DNA of 64,000 bases from an uncultured Desulfobacterium sp. (GTDB taxonomy: Bacteria; Desulfobacterota; DSM-4660; Desulfatiglandales; Desulfatiglandaceae): the NCBI GenBank assembly GCA_900258555.1, contig LT984854.1, positions 1,905,239 to 1,969,238 on the forward strand, written 5' to 3'. The translations under genes were made by a program, and so were the position numbers. Below, piece after piece: positions 30,396 through 41,364 of this stretch. How positions within the stretch are numbered: position 1 is the stretch's first letter; every line of letters begins with the position of its first letter. The notes below the pieces were generated by a model. That model was not told the origin of the DNA and did no database searches. It saw only the letters and a list, made by a program, of their open reading frames with translations.

Positions 30396-32656
30396 AGTAC
30401 ATCTGTATCCCCTAAGCCCAACAATTGCAACATCAGCACCACACTGGTATCATCATCCTCGTCCCTTGCAACCAATTTAAGGCCCCAACACTGTCTTTGA
30501 TATTGCAGCCAGTATCTGTTTGAGATTCCCTTTTTTATATCAAGATCCTTTTCAAAGGAACTGCCCACTGAAAGCCCATGTGAGATGTAGACATCAAACC
30601 ACAGATCTATACTCTCAGTAATGTCTTTGTCCGGCAGAAATGCCGCAAGAGCGCTGTCTTCATAGAGATATGCCACACTAAGCGGATTTTTATCGTAAAT
30701 GTAATCTACACCAAATCTGTCTTTTCTCGCCCCGGCTCTCTCGACGCTCAACTCCAAGGATAGATCAGTATAGGTAATTTCCTGTTTTTGATGATCCCAT
30801 TTTGACTCTGCAAAAAAATTATACATCCTGTGGGGACTGAGCGTTAATTGGGCAAATAGGGGCTCAAATGGCTCCTCCTCCCTTTCAGGTTCATGTTCGT
30901 TTCTTTCCTCTTCCACATTATATCCCTGGCTCAAGGTCAGTTTGGCCCACTGACTGTATGAGACATTTCCCTTTTGGTCCTCCATACGTGCATCGAAAAA
31001 ATTCTCCAAGGAAAATGTCACCAGATTCTCATCTCCCTCTTCCTCTATGGGCTCAAACCAGGGCCTGGCGTGTTCCCCGGCATTATAACCCCGGTTGCCA
31101 TAGCTCACCGTTGGTCTGATCTTGTGCTGGAACCGCTTTGCCCCCATTATGTCAATATCATAGGTCCGTACAAGGTTTGTAGATAGCTTGACCTCCGCCT
31201 CGTATGACCTCAGGCGCTGATCATCATAATCACTCTGTGCCTCTGAATATCGCTGAGGGTTGAGATAGTAGCGGAAAGACGGCTCAAACTCCACATATCT
31301 GCCCAGCTTAAGAGGCGCGGTAAGCCCTGGCGACAGTAAAACCCTATGCCCCTTCTGACCATCCTTGCGCCACACATAATCGTAGTCCGAGTCAAGATTA
31401 AAAAATAAAGGCAGACCACTGATATTTTCAGGAAGCAGATTGAAGCAGATACCGCCCAGAGGCTGAGCGGTATAGTGCCTTAGCGGACTGCCGGGCAGTT
31501 GATTATAATCAGTGATGGCCTGGAGGCTGTAATCTTCAGCATCACGGCTGAGTCTGACGGCTGAGCGCCTGATGGGAGAACGCTTTTCAGCAAAAGGACG
31601 ACCATATTCATCCACCAAATCAGGTCTTGTCCTGAAACCCGGGCCGGATGTGTCAAATTCATTGAGGTAGTCCTGATCGCTAACATAATCTGCATCCATT
31701 CGCGCAACGATCCCAAGGGGCATGTCCTGATCTGCCCTGCCCCTGAACCAGTAACGGTTGTCGTTGGTCCTCGGAAAAGGGCTTATCTCCACATCGTCCG
31801 GATCATCTAATTCCTTTTCCTCCCTGTCAGACAAAATATCCATTAACAGGGCACCCTTTGATTTATCATCTCCAATAAATCGAAACTCCAGACCCTGCAT
31901 ATATCCGCGTCTGCTGAGATATCGCTGATAAAATGTGGCATCGGTCTGATCCGAGATGGCCCAGAAAAACGGGATTTCCAAATCCAGTCCGTTTCTTGAG
32001 GAATTCCCGATATTGGGAGGCAGAAGCCCGCTCTGACGTTTGACCTTGGCTGGAAAAATAATATAAGGCACATATATAAAAGGAATATTTCTTAAGCGAA
32101 GTGCAGCATGCTTGGCAGAGCCATAACCCTCAATGGTCACCCTGACCTGGTTGCATGTGATGCTCCAGGCAGGATCGGGGCCATCACAGGTGGTCACCTC
32201 GCAGTCTTTGACCAGGTAAGTATCATCATTTAGCTTTTCAATATGGCCGCCTCTTACATAAAAATTGTTTTCTTTCATGAAAAGACAGCCATCTGTAATC
32301 ATTCCGGTCTTGGTGTTGGAATCGAATACAGCGCTCTGACCGGTAAGGACATCCCCCCCTGTCTTTTCAAGACGGACATCTCCCGACAAATTAGCAAGTC
32401 CGGTAGTTGTGTTATAGACAGCCTTTTGCGCGCGAAGGACAAATTCACCCCTTGAAATTACAACATCCCCTTGCGCTTCATAGGTTGTCTCCTTGTCCTT
32501 GTAACTCATCACCCTTGCAGTTATCTTCCATGGTGCATTCTCGTCTGTGGAAAAAGGTATCTTTGGGACCAAATCGCCTGCAAATAAAAAACACGGGCTG
32601 AGAGCCAAGAATGTCAGAATTATCGTTGTCACAGAAATAAACGATTTTTTATGCAC
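30392..32656 (-). CDS. lptD: LPS-assembly outer-membrane protein LptD
   Basis: Signal peptide, OstA-like N-terminal beta-jellyroll, long beta-barrel C-terminus. 754 aa. Confidence 0.85.
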   Translation of the reverse strand: MHKKSFISVTTIILTFLALSPCFLFAGDLVPKIPFSTDENAPWKITARVMSYKDKETTYEAQGDVVISRGEFVLRAQKAVYNTTTGLANLSGDVRLEKTGGDVLTGQSAVFDSNTKTGMITDGCLFMKENNFYVRGGHIEKLNDDTYLVKDCEVTTCDGPDPAWSITCNQVRVTIEGYGSAKHAALRLRNIPFIYVPYIIFPAKVKRQSGLLPPNIGNSSRNGLDLEIPFFWAISDQTDATFYQRYLSRRGYMQGLEFRFIGDDKSKGALLMDILSDREEKELDDPDDVEISPFPRTNDNRYWFRGRADQDMPLGIVARMDADYVSDQDYLNEFDTSGPGFRTRPDLVDEYGRPFAEKRSPIRRSAVRLSRDAEDYSLQAITDYNQLPGSPLRHYTAQPLGGICFNLLPENISGLPLFFNLDSDYDYVWRKDGQKGHRVLLSPGLTAPLKLGRYVEFEPSFRYYLNPQRYSEAQSDYDDQRLRSYEAEVKLSTNLVRTYDIDIMGAKRFQHKIRPTVSYGNRGYNAGEHARPWFEPIEEEGDENLVTFSLENFFDARMEDQKGNVSYSQWAKLTLSQGYNVEEERNEHEPEREEEPFEPLFAQLTLSPHRMYNFFAESKWDHQKQEITYTDLSLELSVERAGARKDRFGVDYIYDKNPLSVAYLYEDSALAAFLPDKDITESIDLWFDVYISHGLSVGSSFEKDLDIKKGISNRYWLQYQRQCWGLKLVARDEDDDTSVVLMLQLLGLGDTDVL

Positions 32657-32693
32657 CTTGCGTTACCTCAAAAGGAATCCGGTTTGCATAGAT

Positions 32694-33992
32694 CTACAAA
32701 TCATCAGATTTGTACTTAGCGGGGTAAAAATAGGTCAATGCCTCTCCCACCGTGAAAAGGGATCCTGTAATCACAATAAGGTCCTCCGGCTCTGCCATAT
32801 TCCTTGCCTTATTAATGGCCTCAGGCAGGCTTCTTATCACCTCGCCGGGGATATCAATACCGACTGCCTTTGTGGCCAGGAACTCTGGATTCGCAGCTCT
32901 GGGATATACAGGCCTTGTATAAATAATGTAATTGGATATAGGAACAATATTTTTAAGTATACCGTCTATGTCCTTGTCTTCCATCACCCCGATAACCAGG
33001 ATAAGGCGATTATATCTAAAACCCGATCTTACAGCCTTTGCAAGGACTCCTATTGCTGCTGGGTTGTGGGCACCGTCAAGTATGATTTTGGGGCTTTCTC
33101 CAACAACCTGAACCCTGCCTGGCCATGAAGCATTGGCGAGGCCTTTTATAATATTTTCTGTTGAAAGAGTTACGCCCTTTTCTTCAAGCCTCTCTATAGC
33201 AGTAAGCGCAACCGCTGCATTACGTGCCTGAAAATAACCGTTGAGTCCCAACCTGAGTTTATTCATTCTGCGCTTGAGACCATAATAGTGGATTCCTTGT
33301 GCTGAGGCCCTGTACCTGGTATCTTTTCCGATCCTCCAGAACGGAGATCCTTTTTTTCTTGCAACAGATTCAAGCGTCTGTATTACAGACGGTTGCGTAA
33401 CACCTGTAACGAGGTCAATGCCCTCCTTTATTATACCGGCCTTTTCGCCTGCAATGGCCCTGAGGGTTTTGCCCAAGTAGATTTGGTGCTCTAATGATAT
33501 GTTTGTAATGACACTGACGAGGGGCGAGATAACATTTGTTGCGTCCAATCGTCCTCCCATGCCCACTTCCATCACAGCAAAATCGGTCTTTTCCCGGGCA
33601 AAATAGCTTAGCGCCATAGCAGTAGTGGCCTCGAAAAATGTCGGCGGCTCATCAGGGATAATAATATCTGCCAATTCATTGATCAGATCAGCTGCACTTT
33701 CAGTGCTAATATATGCGTCATTGATCTTGAACCGTTCCGTAAATCTGACAAGGTGCGGAGAAGAGTATAGCCCGACCTTAAAACCTGCATCGGCCAATAT
33801 AGCCGCGATGAAAGTGGCTACAGAGCCTTTGCCGTTGGTTCCTGCAATGTGGATATATTTTTGCCCATGATGTGGATTTCCAAGTGCCTTTAAGAGATTT
33901 GAGGTCTTTGAAAGCCCGAATTTGATCCCGAATTTTTGCAGATGGTAAAGATATGCTACTGCTTCTTTATAAGATTTTTCCCTTTTCTTCAT
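32694..33992 (-). CDS. folC: bifunctional folylpolyglutamate synthase / dihydrofolate synthase
   Basis: Mur-ligase P-loop (HIAGTNGKGSV) with typical FolC length and layout. Confidence 0.9.
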   Translation of the reverse strand: MKKREKSYKEAVAYLYHLQKFGIKFGLSKTSNLLKALGNPHHGQKYIHIAGTNGKGSVATFIAAILADAGFKVGLYSSPHLVRFTERFKINDAYISTESAADLINELADIIIPDEPPTFFEATTAMALSYFAREKTDFAVMEVGMGGRLDATNVISPLVSVITNISLEHQIYLGKTLRAIAGEKAGIIKEGIDLVTGVTQPSVIQTLESVARKKGSPFWRIGKDTRYRASAQGIHYYGLKRRMNKLRLGLNGYFQARNAAVALTAIERLEEKGVTLSTENIIKGLANASWPGRVQVVGESPKIILDGAHNPAAIGVLAKAVRSGFRYNRLILVIGVMEDKDIDGILKNIVPISNYIIYTRPVYPRAANPEFLATKAVGIDIPGEVIRSLPEAINKARNMAEPEDLIVITGSLFTVGEALTYFYPAKYKSDDL

Positions 33993-34438
33993 TAAGGTGA
34001 TTTTTCCCTTTCAGTGAAATCTTTATTATGGTCACAAGCTACTTAACACGCGGGGTATATTGGGAAACTATGGCGCCTTTGTCAAATCAAAATATTGAAG
34101 GTCTCTTGCTTAAAAAAGTTTAATTGAAAAGACCCTGAATCTGGCTGTAAGATAGTCAAAGACTTGATCAAAAGAATCCTGGTGTCATTAGTACCACGAC
34201 CTATTTGTAAAAGAGGCCCTTTACCTTAGGGGTGGTGATATTAACACCGATCCTATATAACCTGGATCGCATAGCCTGAAGCTTCAGATGGCCACTTAAG
34301 AATTGTTTGAAACATTTTCCTATTGGTACTATAAGAAAGGACAAGATAATCCTTTATGCTCTATTGCCCATGCAATTCAAAATATTAACAACAAATTCAT
34401 TTGGTTACATTTTAATATTGATTTTAAAGGAGGCAGTT

Positions 34439-35887
34439 ATGCGCAGCAACAGAAATATCACCGGTATTACAAACAATCTTCTGTCACGTTTTTTTATCGT
34501 CTCTTTTATCGTCTTAGCCCTTATAGCCGTCGTTTCTAACGCAGTGGCCCAGACAAGCCCTATCCTGCCTGAAGCCCCTGGATCGTTCGCCCAGCTTGCC
34601 AAACAGGTCAGCCCTTCTGTGGTAAACATCAGCGTGGTAAAAATAGTAAAAGGCAGGCAAATGGCCCCAAACATGCCATTTGGACAGGATGACCCCTTCA
34701 GGGATTTTTTTGACCGCTTTTTTGGTGACCAGATGCCGAGAGATTTTAAACAGAAGGGCCTTGGAACCGGTTTCATAATTGACGAAGAGGGCTACATACT
34801 GACGAACAACCACGTGGTTGAGCAGGCGGATGAGATTAAGGTAAGGCTTTCCAATGACAAAGAGTTTAAAGCCACTGTTGTAGGCCTCGACCCAAAGACC
34901 GACCTGGCGTTGATCAAGATCAAGCCAGAAGACGCAAAAATAATTCCACTTCCGCTAGGGAACTCCGACAAACTTGAGGTGGGAGACTGGGTGGTGGCCA
35001 TAGGAAACCCTTTTGGTCTTGGCAACACAGTGACCGCAGGGATTGTGAGCGCAAAGTACAGACATATCGGCTCAGGTCCTTATGACAATTTTATTCAGAC
35101 CGATGCCTCCATAAACCCAGGAAACAGCGGTGGGCCCCTTTTAAATGTATCAGGTGAGGTTGTTGGGATAAACTCCGCAATATTCTCGCAGACCGGCGGC
35201 AGCATCGGCATTGGTTTCGCCATTCCAATCAATATCGCGAAGGACTTGCTGCCACAGCTCAAAAAGGGAAAGGTGGTCAGAGGATGGCTCGGGGTTATGA
35301 TCCAAAACATAAGCCCTGAGCTTGCAGAAAAACTCAATCTGAAAGACGACAAAGGTGCGCTGGTAGGAAATGTAAGTAAAGGTGGCCCGGCCGAAAAAGC
35401 TGGTATAGAAAGGGGTGATGTTATTGTCTCCTTTGATGGTAAAAAGGTATCTAATTCCAGCGAGTTGCCTATTATGGTGGCCTCGACTCCTGTGGGAAAG
35501 AATGTTGAGGTGGAAGTCATACGAAAGGGCAAGAAAAAAACATTTGATATCAAGATTGCTGAGCTTGAAGCGGAACAGGAAGCGAAAGGGCCGAGCGAGG
35601 CGAAGCCAACCCTTGGTTTGACCGTCAGGAAAATCACCCCCGAAATCGCGAGAAATTTTGGCCTCTCCGAGACCACCGGTATAGTGGTTGTTAATGTGGA
35701 AAACGACAGCCCCGCCCAAGAGGCAGGCCTGGAGCAGGGGGACATCATACTGGAGGTTGATCAAACCCCAATTAAGTCCGTCGAACAATTCAAGCAGATA
35801 ATTTCCGAGTACAAGGTGGGAAGCACAATCCTGTTACTGGTCAAGCGTGAAGACGGCACGCTTTATTTGACACTGAAGGTTTGGTGA
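34439..35887 (+). CDS. degP: periplasmic serine endoprotease DegP/DegQ (HtrA family), two PDZ domains
   Basis: Catalytic motifs (TNNHVV, DLALIK, GNSGGPL) plus two PDZ-like regions. Start at the ATG after AAAGGAGG, not at the ORF-track 34307. Confidence 0.9.
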   Translation: MRSNRNITGITNNLLSRFFIVSFIVLALIAVVSNAVAQTSPILPEAPGSFAQLAKQVSPSVVNISVVKIVKGRQMAPNMPFGQDDPFRDFFDRFFGDQMPRDFKQKGLGTGFIIDEEGYILTNNHVVEQADEIKVRLSNDKEFKATVVGLDPKTDLALIKIKPEDAKIIPLPLGNSDKLEVGDWVVAIGNPFGLGNTVTAGIVSAKYRHIGSGPYDNFIQTDASINPGNSGGPLLNVSGEVVGINSAIFSQTGGSIGIGFAIPINIAKDLLPQLKKGKVVRGWLGVMIQNISPELAEKLNLKDDKGALVGNVSKGGPAEKAGIERGDVIVSFDGKKVSNSSELPIMVASTPVGKNVEVEVIRKGKKKTFDIKIAELEAEQEAKGPSEAKPTLGLTVRKITPEIARNFGLSETTGIVVVNVENDSPAQEAGLEQGDIILEVDQTPIKSVEQFKQIISEYKVGSTILLLVKREDGTLYLTLKVW

Positions 35888-35911
35888 TACAACTGTCGCC
35901 GGCATAATAAT

Positions 35912-35950
35912 AGAATCACCCCCCGCTGGGGGGTGATTCTATATTTTTTC
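35912..35950 (+). terminator. rho-independent terminator of degP
   Basis: agaatcacccc / ggggtgattct stem around a ccgctgg loop, then a T-run. Confidence 0.8.
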
Positions 35951-36128
35951 TTGGCCCCGATCATTCCTATAACACCAACCCATCGGCATGAGACTCTCAG
36001 TATAACCTGTTGGAAACCTTGGATAGTCGGAAATAAGGCCTTCATGGTTTGATTCCAAACTTCTAAGGATTAAAAACGAACATGACTTCAGAGTTGCAGA
36101 TTATTTGGCTATGTGTTAATAAAATTGC

Positions 36129-36503
36129 ATGAAAAAAAGCATCCCACTTCATATCCGCTCAAAGATCTGGATTGAGGACAATGAAGGAGAGGTCGTATTC
36201 GGGCTTGGCCGGTTGAAGATCCTCGATGCCATAGAGAGGCTTGGCTCAATCCATGGAGCGGCCAAAGAACTGAAGATGAGCTATCGGGCCATCTGGGGCA
36301 GGATTAAGGCGACAGAAGATCGCCTTAATCGTCAATTGCTGGTGCGGAGTATCGGGGGGGCCACCGGCGGAGGCTCAGAGTTGACCCCTTTTGCCCTGTC
36401 CCTGCTTGAGGGCTTCCGCCGGCTCCAAGGGAGCATAATAGCCCAATCAAATCAGGAGTTCGAGAAGGTTATGTCCTCAATACTTAATCGTACAGAATCC
36501 TGA
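36129..36503 (+). CDS. ModE-N-terminal-like winged-helix regulator (no TOBE domains)
   Basis: 124 aa with GRLKILDAIERLGSIHGAAKELKMSYRAIWGRIK, typical of the ModE/LysR-type HTH. Confidence 0.7.
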   Translation: MKKSIPLHIRSKIWIEDNEGEVVFGLGRLKILDAIERLGSIHGAAKELKMSYRAIWGRIKATEDRLNRQLLVRSIGGATGGGSELTPFALSLLEGFRRLQGSIIAQSNQEFEKVMSSILNRTES

Positions 36504-36533
36504 ACCAAAAACCATCGTGCTTTCCGCTTACCT

Positions 36534-38180
36534 TTGGTAAATTCAATACGTTCATTAGTGCCTATGAACTCGAACTATTTCGATCAAAAGAAAAACGAGT
36601 TTCTCGCCCACATTTACTCCGCCAATTACAGAGATGCAGAAGACTTATATAAGGGGTTAGCCAAAATAACTTTTGATACCCGTGAATTCTCAGAACTTGA
36701 TCAAAAGGCAATCAATCAGTTGCAGCAGGCTGCAAGGAGATTTCGGACGCAATTAGCCAAGGCTTCTCCCGGCGATTTTATGAGTACCTATGAAAAGATA
36801 AGAAAGAGGCTTGCTGGAGCGGTTAGACAAGAGACTAAGAATGTCCGCCTGGTGGAATATGATCAGTGGGCACACAAGATCGGCCTTACCGATGAATTGA
36901 CCCGTATCATGTTTAAGACCATAGCCACACTACAGATGAGTGTGGGGTGCAGTATATCTTGCAGGAGATGCAATGAATGGGCATTGCCTGGACCTAGGAA
37001 ACACTTTTCTTTTGATGCGGTTACAAGACTCATTAGCAAGATATTTTCTTCAGGAAATAAGGAGTTCATTCTCTATTGCGCATCTGATCCGTTGGACTGG
37101 AAATGCGGTGAAAAGGATATTGTAGATATTATCAGATTCATGGCACAAAATGGCTATAAACCCAGATATGGACTTTTAACAAAAATCCCCCGGGGCTCTT
37201 ACGACGTTGTAAGGAGGCTCCTGGCCCTCGGCGCCGACATCGGATTCAGTATTACTGACAAGAATCGTTTGCGAGCTGAGAGGATCAAAAATGAGACTGG
37301 CGCGAAGATTGAGGTTCAACATGATTTTGATGATCTTTTGATTGCCGCTGGTCTTGACGAAAACTTTACCAGCATAAAGTCTTCCATAACAGACAGCTAC
37401 GGTACAGAAATCACTCCTGAGGGGGCATTTTTTATTTTGCCGACCTTTACTAGCGCGTTATATCCCACAGGCCAATGCAGGCTTTCCGTGACGCAGGATC
37501 TAAAATTTTTTCTCAAAAAAAAGACAGGAAGAGATGCCCTTCCGGTACAATATTTTAAACCTCTTGAGGTAGTAGACCTTGACGGAAATGAGTTTATCCT
37601 TGATGATCTCATGAATGCACAGGTCGCCAATATCCTACTTGATAACGGCTCAGATCTATTGACGCCTCCAGGCATGATGAACCTTCGCGAATATTTTAAG
37701 ACATACGAACATGAAGCGACGATGCGCAGAAAAGGGCTGCTCCCGGTCATCGCAAAAGGCTTTATTAAAGATATTCTGCTTGATGAAGAACACAAAGAAG
37801 TCTCAACGCGGGAACGCTATCGCCATTTCAGACGGATGGTTTATGATTATTCCAGGACATGCCGGATTTCTGATGTTCAATCACTTAAAATAAATGCCTT
37901 TTCATTTTTTCTGAAATCCATCTCAAAATATTTGAAGAACCATCCTGCTGAAGCAGAGATTGTCAGATTTTTAAGAAGGGAGGACAGACAAAGGGCCACC
38001 ATTGGGTATAAAGAACTAGAGAGTCTCAGCGGTCCATTTGATGAACTGATAAGGAATCGAGAAACAGAGATATTTGAATTGTTCCAGCTTTTGATGTTCA
38101 AATTGATGGAAGACCCTGATAATGAACAAATCCGTAGGCTTATAATGGATTATCCTGCCGATGCTTCTGATATCCTTTAA
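36534..38180 (+). CDS. radical-SAM-like protein of unknown function (548 aa)
   Basis: Single CX3CX2C (VGCSISCRRC) followed by a GGEPL-like ASDPLDW. Long unassigned N- and C-terminal regions. Start is uncertain (TTG 36534 or ATG 36564; no clear RBS). Confidence 0.6.
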   Translation: MVNSIRSLVPMNSNYFDQKKNEFLAHIYSANYRDAEDLYKGLAKITFDTREFSELDQKAINQLQQAARRFRTQLAKASPGDFMSTYEKIRKRLAGAVRQETKNVRLVEYDQWAHKIGLTDELTRIMFKTIATLQMSVGCSISCRRCNEWALPGPRKHFSFDAVTRLISKIFSSGNKEFILYCASDPLDWKCGEKDIVDIIRFMAQNGYKPRYGLLTKIPRGSYDVVRRLLALGADIGFSITDKNRLRAERIKNETGAKIEVQHDFDDLLIAAGLDENFTSIKSSITDSYGTEITPEGAFFILPTFTSALYPTGQCRLSVTQDLKFFLKKKTGRDALPVQYFKPLEVVDLDGNEFILDDLMNAQVANILLDNGSDLLTPPGMMNLREYFKTYEHEATMRRKGLLPVIAKGFIKDILLDEEHKEVSTRERYRHFRRMVYDYSRTCRISDVQSLKINAFSFFLKSISKYLKNHPAEAEIVRFLRREDRQRATIGYKELESLSGPFDELIRNRETEIFELFQLLMFKLMEDPDNEQIRRLIMDYPADASDIL

Positions 38181-38194
38181 TAAACAATAGGCAC

Positions 38195-38231
38195 AAAAAA
38201 AAACCGGCCGCGCACATGGCGGCCGGTTTTT
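38195..38231. terminator. bidirectional rho-independent terminator
   Basis: A-run, ccggccgc / gcggccgg stem with a 7-nt loop, then a T-run. Confidence 0.8.
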
Positions 38232-38374
38232 AGGAGGAAAGAGTAAAGAAATTTGACGTGACGTTTATTTGAATTTGCAAGATATCTGCCAAAACAGTTG
38301 CTCTGATAGAAATTTATCCAACATTTTGATTTTACATAGTATTTTTCGGTCAGGCTTAAAATCAGCATCTTAAA

Positions 38375-38416
38375 AAGTCTTCTTATGGTACAATAAATTG
38401 TACCATAAGAAGACTT
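38375..38416 (-). terminator. perfect 20+20-bp palindrome, probable terminator of the minus-strand two-component operon
   Basis: aagtcttcttatggtacaat-aa-attgtaccataagaagactt. On the minus strand it is followed by TTTTAAG. Confidence 0.55.
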
Positions 38417-38482
38417 CTGAAATCGGATCGAATTTAATTTATTTAAATAATTAATAAATTTTAAAGTACAATATTTTGGCCC

Positions 38483-39841
38483 CTAGAACGTAATATTGTA
38501 CTTCCTCATCTTGTGTTGCATCAGGCTCTTTGTAATACCCAGAGCTCGCGCAGCATGTGACTGGACATTATTCGCGCGAACCAGGGCATTTCTGATCAGC
38601 CTCTCCTCGATTTGTTCAAGGGCCTTTGGTAAGGAAACATTGGCAGGTATCAGCCTGTCAACATCCAGTTCGGTCTCTGATGGGCAAATCTCCCTGGGAA
38701 GGTCTTCAAGTGTAATTTCACCACCCGAGCACAGGACAACGGCCCTTTCTATCACGTTTTCGAGTTCCCTTACATTACCAGGCCACGAATAGCTGTAAAA
38801 GGCCTTCCAGACATCAGGGTTCAATTGAATTTTTTTATCATCTCCAGTGTATTTATCCAGAAAGTGCTTGACCAGCAAGGCAATATCATCAGTGCGTTCC
38901 TTGAGGGAGGGCACATCGATATTGATCACATTCAATCTATAAAAAAGGTCTTCCCGGAACAGATTGTTTGCAATATCCTCTTTTAGGTTCCGATTGGATG
39001 CAGATATTATACGGACATCCACCTTGATTGTCCTTGTCCCGCCCACCCTCTCGAATTCCATTTCCTGAAGCACCCTCAAGAGCTTCACCTGAAGGGCCGG
39101 GGTCATTTCACCCACCTCATCCAGAAAAAGTGTGCCGCCGTCTGCGAGCTCAAAGCGTCCTTTCTTCATGGTTACAGCCCCTGTAAAGGCGCCCCTTTCA
39201 TGGCCGAACAGCTCACTTTCCAAAAGTGTTTCAGTTAAGGCACCGCAGTTAATTGAGACAAATGGCAGGTCCTTCCTCTGGCCCGTGTAGTGGATCGCCT
39301 TGGCAATCAACTCCTTACCTGTGCCAGAGGGACCGGAGACCAGAACCGATGCCTTGGACTGCGCAACCTTGTCAATAATGTCATAGATTTTAAGCATCGC
39401 CTTGCTCTTGCCAATGATATTGCCATGCCTGAAGCGATCTTTAAGGGCCGCGTTCAACAGCCTGTTTTCTTTGATAAGCCGGTAGTTTTCCAAGGACTTT
39501 TTTACGGTGAGCTTAAGCTGTTCATTCTGGAAAGGTTTGGTTATATAATCATAGGCATGCTTTTTCATTGCCTCGACCGCAGTCTCTATGGTGCCATAGG
39601 CGGTCATTATAATTACGGGTACCTCAGGCTTTATCTTCTTGCACGCCTCCAAGAGCTCCATCCCCGTCATCCCTGGCATCTTCATGTCCGCAACAACCAG
39701 ATCAAGGTCAGAATTGCGGACAATGCCAAGCGCATCCGTGGCGCTTGAGCAGGTGACCACCTCAAAACCTTCCGGGCTGAGCAAGGCCTCAAGTACCACA
39801 AGATAATTCTTTTCATCGTCAACTATAAGGATGGTCTCCAT
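38483..39841 (-). CDS. sigma54-dependent response regulator
   Basis: REC ([19 protein letters not shown]), AAA+ core ([23 protein letters not shown]), HTH. Confidence 0.9.
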   Translation of the reverse strand: METILIVDDEKNYLVVLEALLSPEGFEVVTCSSATDALGIVRNSDLDLVVADMKMPGMTGMELLEACKKIKPEVPVIIMTAYGTIETAVEAMKKHAYDYITKPFQNEQLKLTVKKSLENYRLIKENRLLNAALKDRFRHGNIIGKSKAMLKIYDIIDKVAQSKASVLVSGPSGTGKELIAKAIHYTGQRKDLPFVSINCGALTETLLESELFGHERGAFTGAVTMKKGRFELADGGTLFLDEVGEMTPALQVKLLRVLQEMEFERVGGTRTIKVDVRIISASNRNLKEDIANNLFREDLFYRLNVINIDVPSLKERTDDIALLVKHFLDKYTGDDKKIQLNPDVWKAFYSYSWPGNVRELENVIERAVVLCSGGEITLEDLPREICPSETELDVDRLIPANVSLPKALEQIEERLIRNALVRANNVQSHAARALGITKSLMQHKMRKYNITF

Positions 39842-39849
39842 TTAAGCCG

Positions 39850-41289
39850 TTATCTCTCCTTTGGAAGTTTGATGATAACCTTTGTCCCGGCGCCCTGTTC
39901 ACTTTCCAGCGATATTGCGCCATTGTGTGCCTCAACAATATTCCTTACAATGGGCAGCCCAAGACCGCTGCCCTTATCCTTTGTGCTGTAAAACGGGTTG
40001 AAGACCTTGCTCATCGTCTCATTGCTTATCCCACATCCCATATCTTCGATGGACAGAAAATAGTAATGCCTGTCATCATCCAGTCTAATACTTATCGTAC
40101 CGCCACCATTCATAGACTGAACCGCATTTATGAATATGTTAAGAAAGGCCCTGTAAAGGAGATGAGGGTCAGCCTCAAGTCTGATAGATCTGCCGCTGAT
40201 GGTATTATTCACAGAGATGCCGTGCTTGTCCAACTCTGGTTGGAGGAACTCCAGATTCTTGGCTATAATCTCATCCAAATAACACTCCTGAATATCCGGC
40301 CTTTGGGGTCGGGCGAAATCCAAAAATTCAGTAACAATATTGTTAAGACGGCTTGATGCCTCTATAATCAGACCTGAGAGCTTCTTTTGATTCGCATCTG
40401 AGCCGGGCAAGTCCCCTAGGAGTTCTGCTGTGCTTCTGATAATGCCCAGGGGATTTCTGATCTCATGGGATACGCCCGCTATCATCTGGCCCAGGGCCGC
40501 CAGCCGTTCAGACTGGTTCAACTGTGCCTCCAAAGACATCTGCTCCTTGGTCCTCTGTTCGATAATCCGCTCTGCCTTGCGTACAATCAAAAGCAGGGCA
40601 ACAAATATCAATCCCATTATCAGGGTGGAAAGCCCGAATATCAGATATTGGAGCTTGATCACCGATTGATATTCCTCGGTCAGGTCCTGGGTGATCTCAA
40701 ACACGCCAAGGACATCTCCCTTTCTACCGGTAAAGGGGTCCATTCCCCTGAAGGGGATATAAGTCTTGAGTTTCTTTGCTGCGCCCAGCCTCTCAATCCC
40801 AAACGCCCACAGGTAGCCTCCCCCTGATATAAGCCCTGATGAGTGCTCCCCTTTCACCGCCTTTTTATAGCCTATGTTTTCAGTCACCTTTTTTTCAATC
40901 TGCTTTGGATCAGTGCTGTATGCAACCAGCCCTTGCTCGATATCATATATATTGACCTCGTCAATCTTGAAACTGTGGATGGTATTTCTTACGATCTGAT
41001 CCAGCCATTTTTGCTGCTCCTCCTGTCTCAGGCTGATCTTACCGAACCTGCTCGCAACCGGTATGACGAAGTTCTGAAATACCTGGTGGCTAAGATTGTC
41101 GCCCAGCATGATTGCATAGTTTTCATAACTCATCATCAAGATGTCCTTTGCATTCTGGGAAGTAACCACTGAGAAGGGGAAGCTGAAGATTATGAGGACA
41201 ATAAGGCTGGTATATGCAAAAAACTTTACCAGCCTAAAACGGCTCTCTTCTGTGTTTGCGTTTCTCTGATTCAATTGCATATATTCCAA
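39850..41289 (-). CDS. membrane sensor histidine kinase
   Basis: Two TM segments flanking a periplasmic-like region. H-box VSHEIRNPL. HATPase DMGCGI, GSGLGLPI. Confidence 0.85.
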   Translation of the reverse strand: MEYMQLNQRNANTEESRFRLVKFFAYTSLIVLIIFSFPFSVVTSQNAKDILMMSYENYAIMLGDNLSHQVFQNFVIPVASRFGKISLRQEEQQKWLDQIVRNTIHSFKIDEVNIYDIEQGLVAYSTDPKQIEKKVTENIGYKKAVKGEHSSGLISGGGYLWAFGIERLGAAKKLKTYIPFRGMDPFTGRKGDVLGVFEITQDLTEEYQSVIKLQYLIFGLSTLIMGLIFVALLLIVRKAERIIEQRTKEQMSLEAQLNQSERLAALGQMIAGVSHEIRNPLGIIRSTAELLGDLPGSDANQKKLSGLIIEASSRLNNIVTEFLDFARPQRPDIQECYLDEIIAKNLEFLQPELDKHGISVNNTISGRSIRLEADPHLLYRAFLNIFINAVQSMNGGGTISIRLDDDRHYYFLSIEDMGCGISNETMSKVFNPFYSTKDKGSGLGLPIVRNIVEAHNGAISLESEQGAGTKVIIKLPKER

Positions 41290-41364
41290 CGGTCCAGAAA
41301 TATTGACATTTAAAAAGTTTCAGTATTCTATTATTAAAATTATGAATGGGTCAACCAGTTTGGC

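Noticed and set aside
34060-34095. A sigmaE-type promoter (GGAAACT-N17-TCAAA) for degP.
   Set aside because: It only approximates the enterobacterial consensus and lies about 340 nt upstream of the start. It cannot be supported without data.
34307-34438. An N-terminal 44-aa extension of DegP as given in the ORF track.
   Set aside because: AAAGGAGG sits 6 nt before the ATG at 34439. From there the protein starts with a plausible signal-anchor sequence. The upstream extension is AT-rich and not protein-like.
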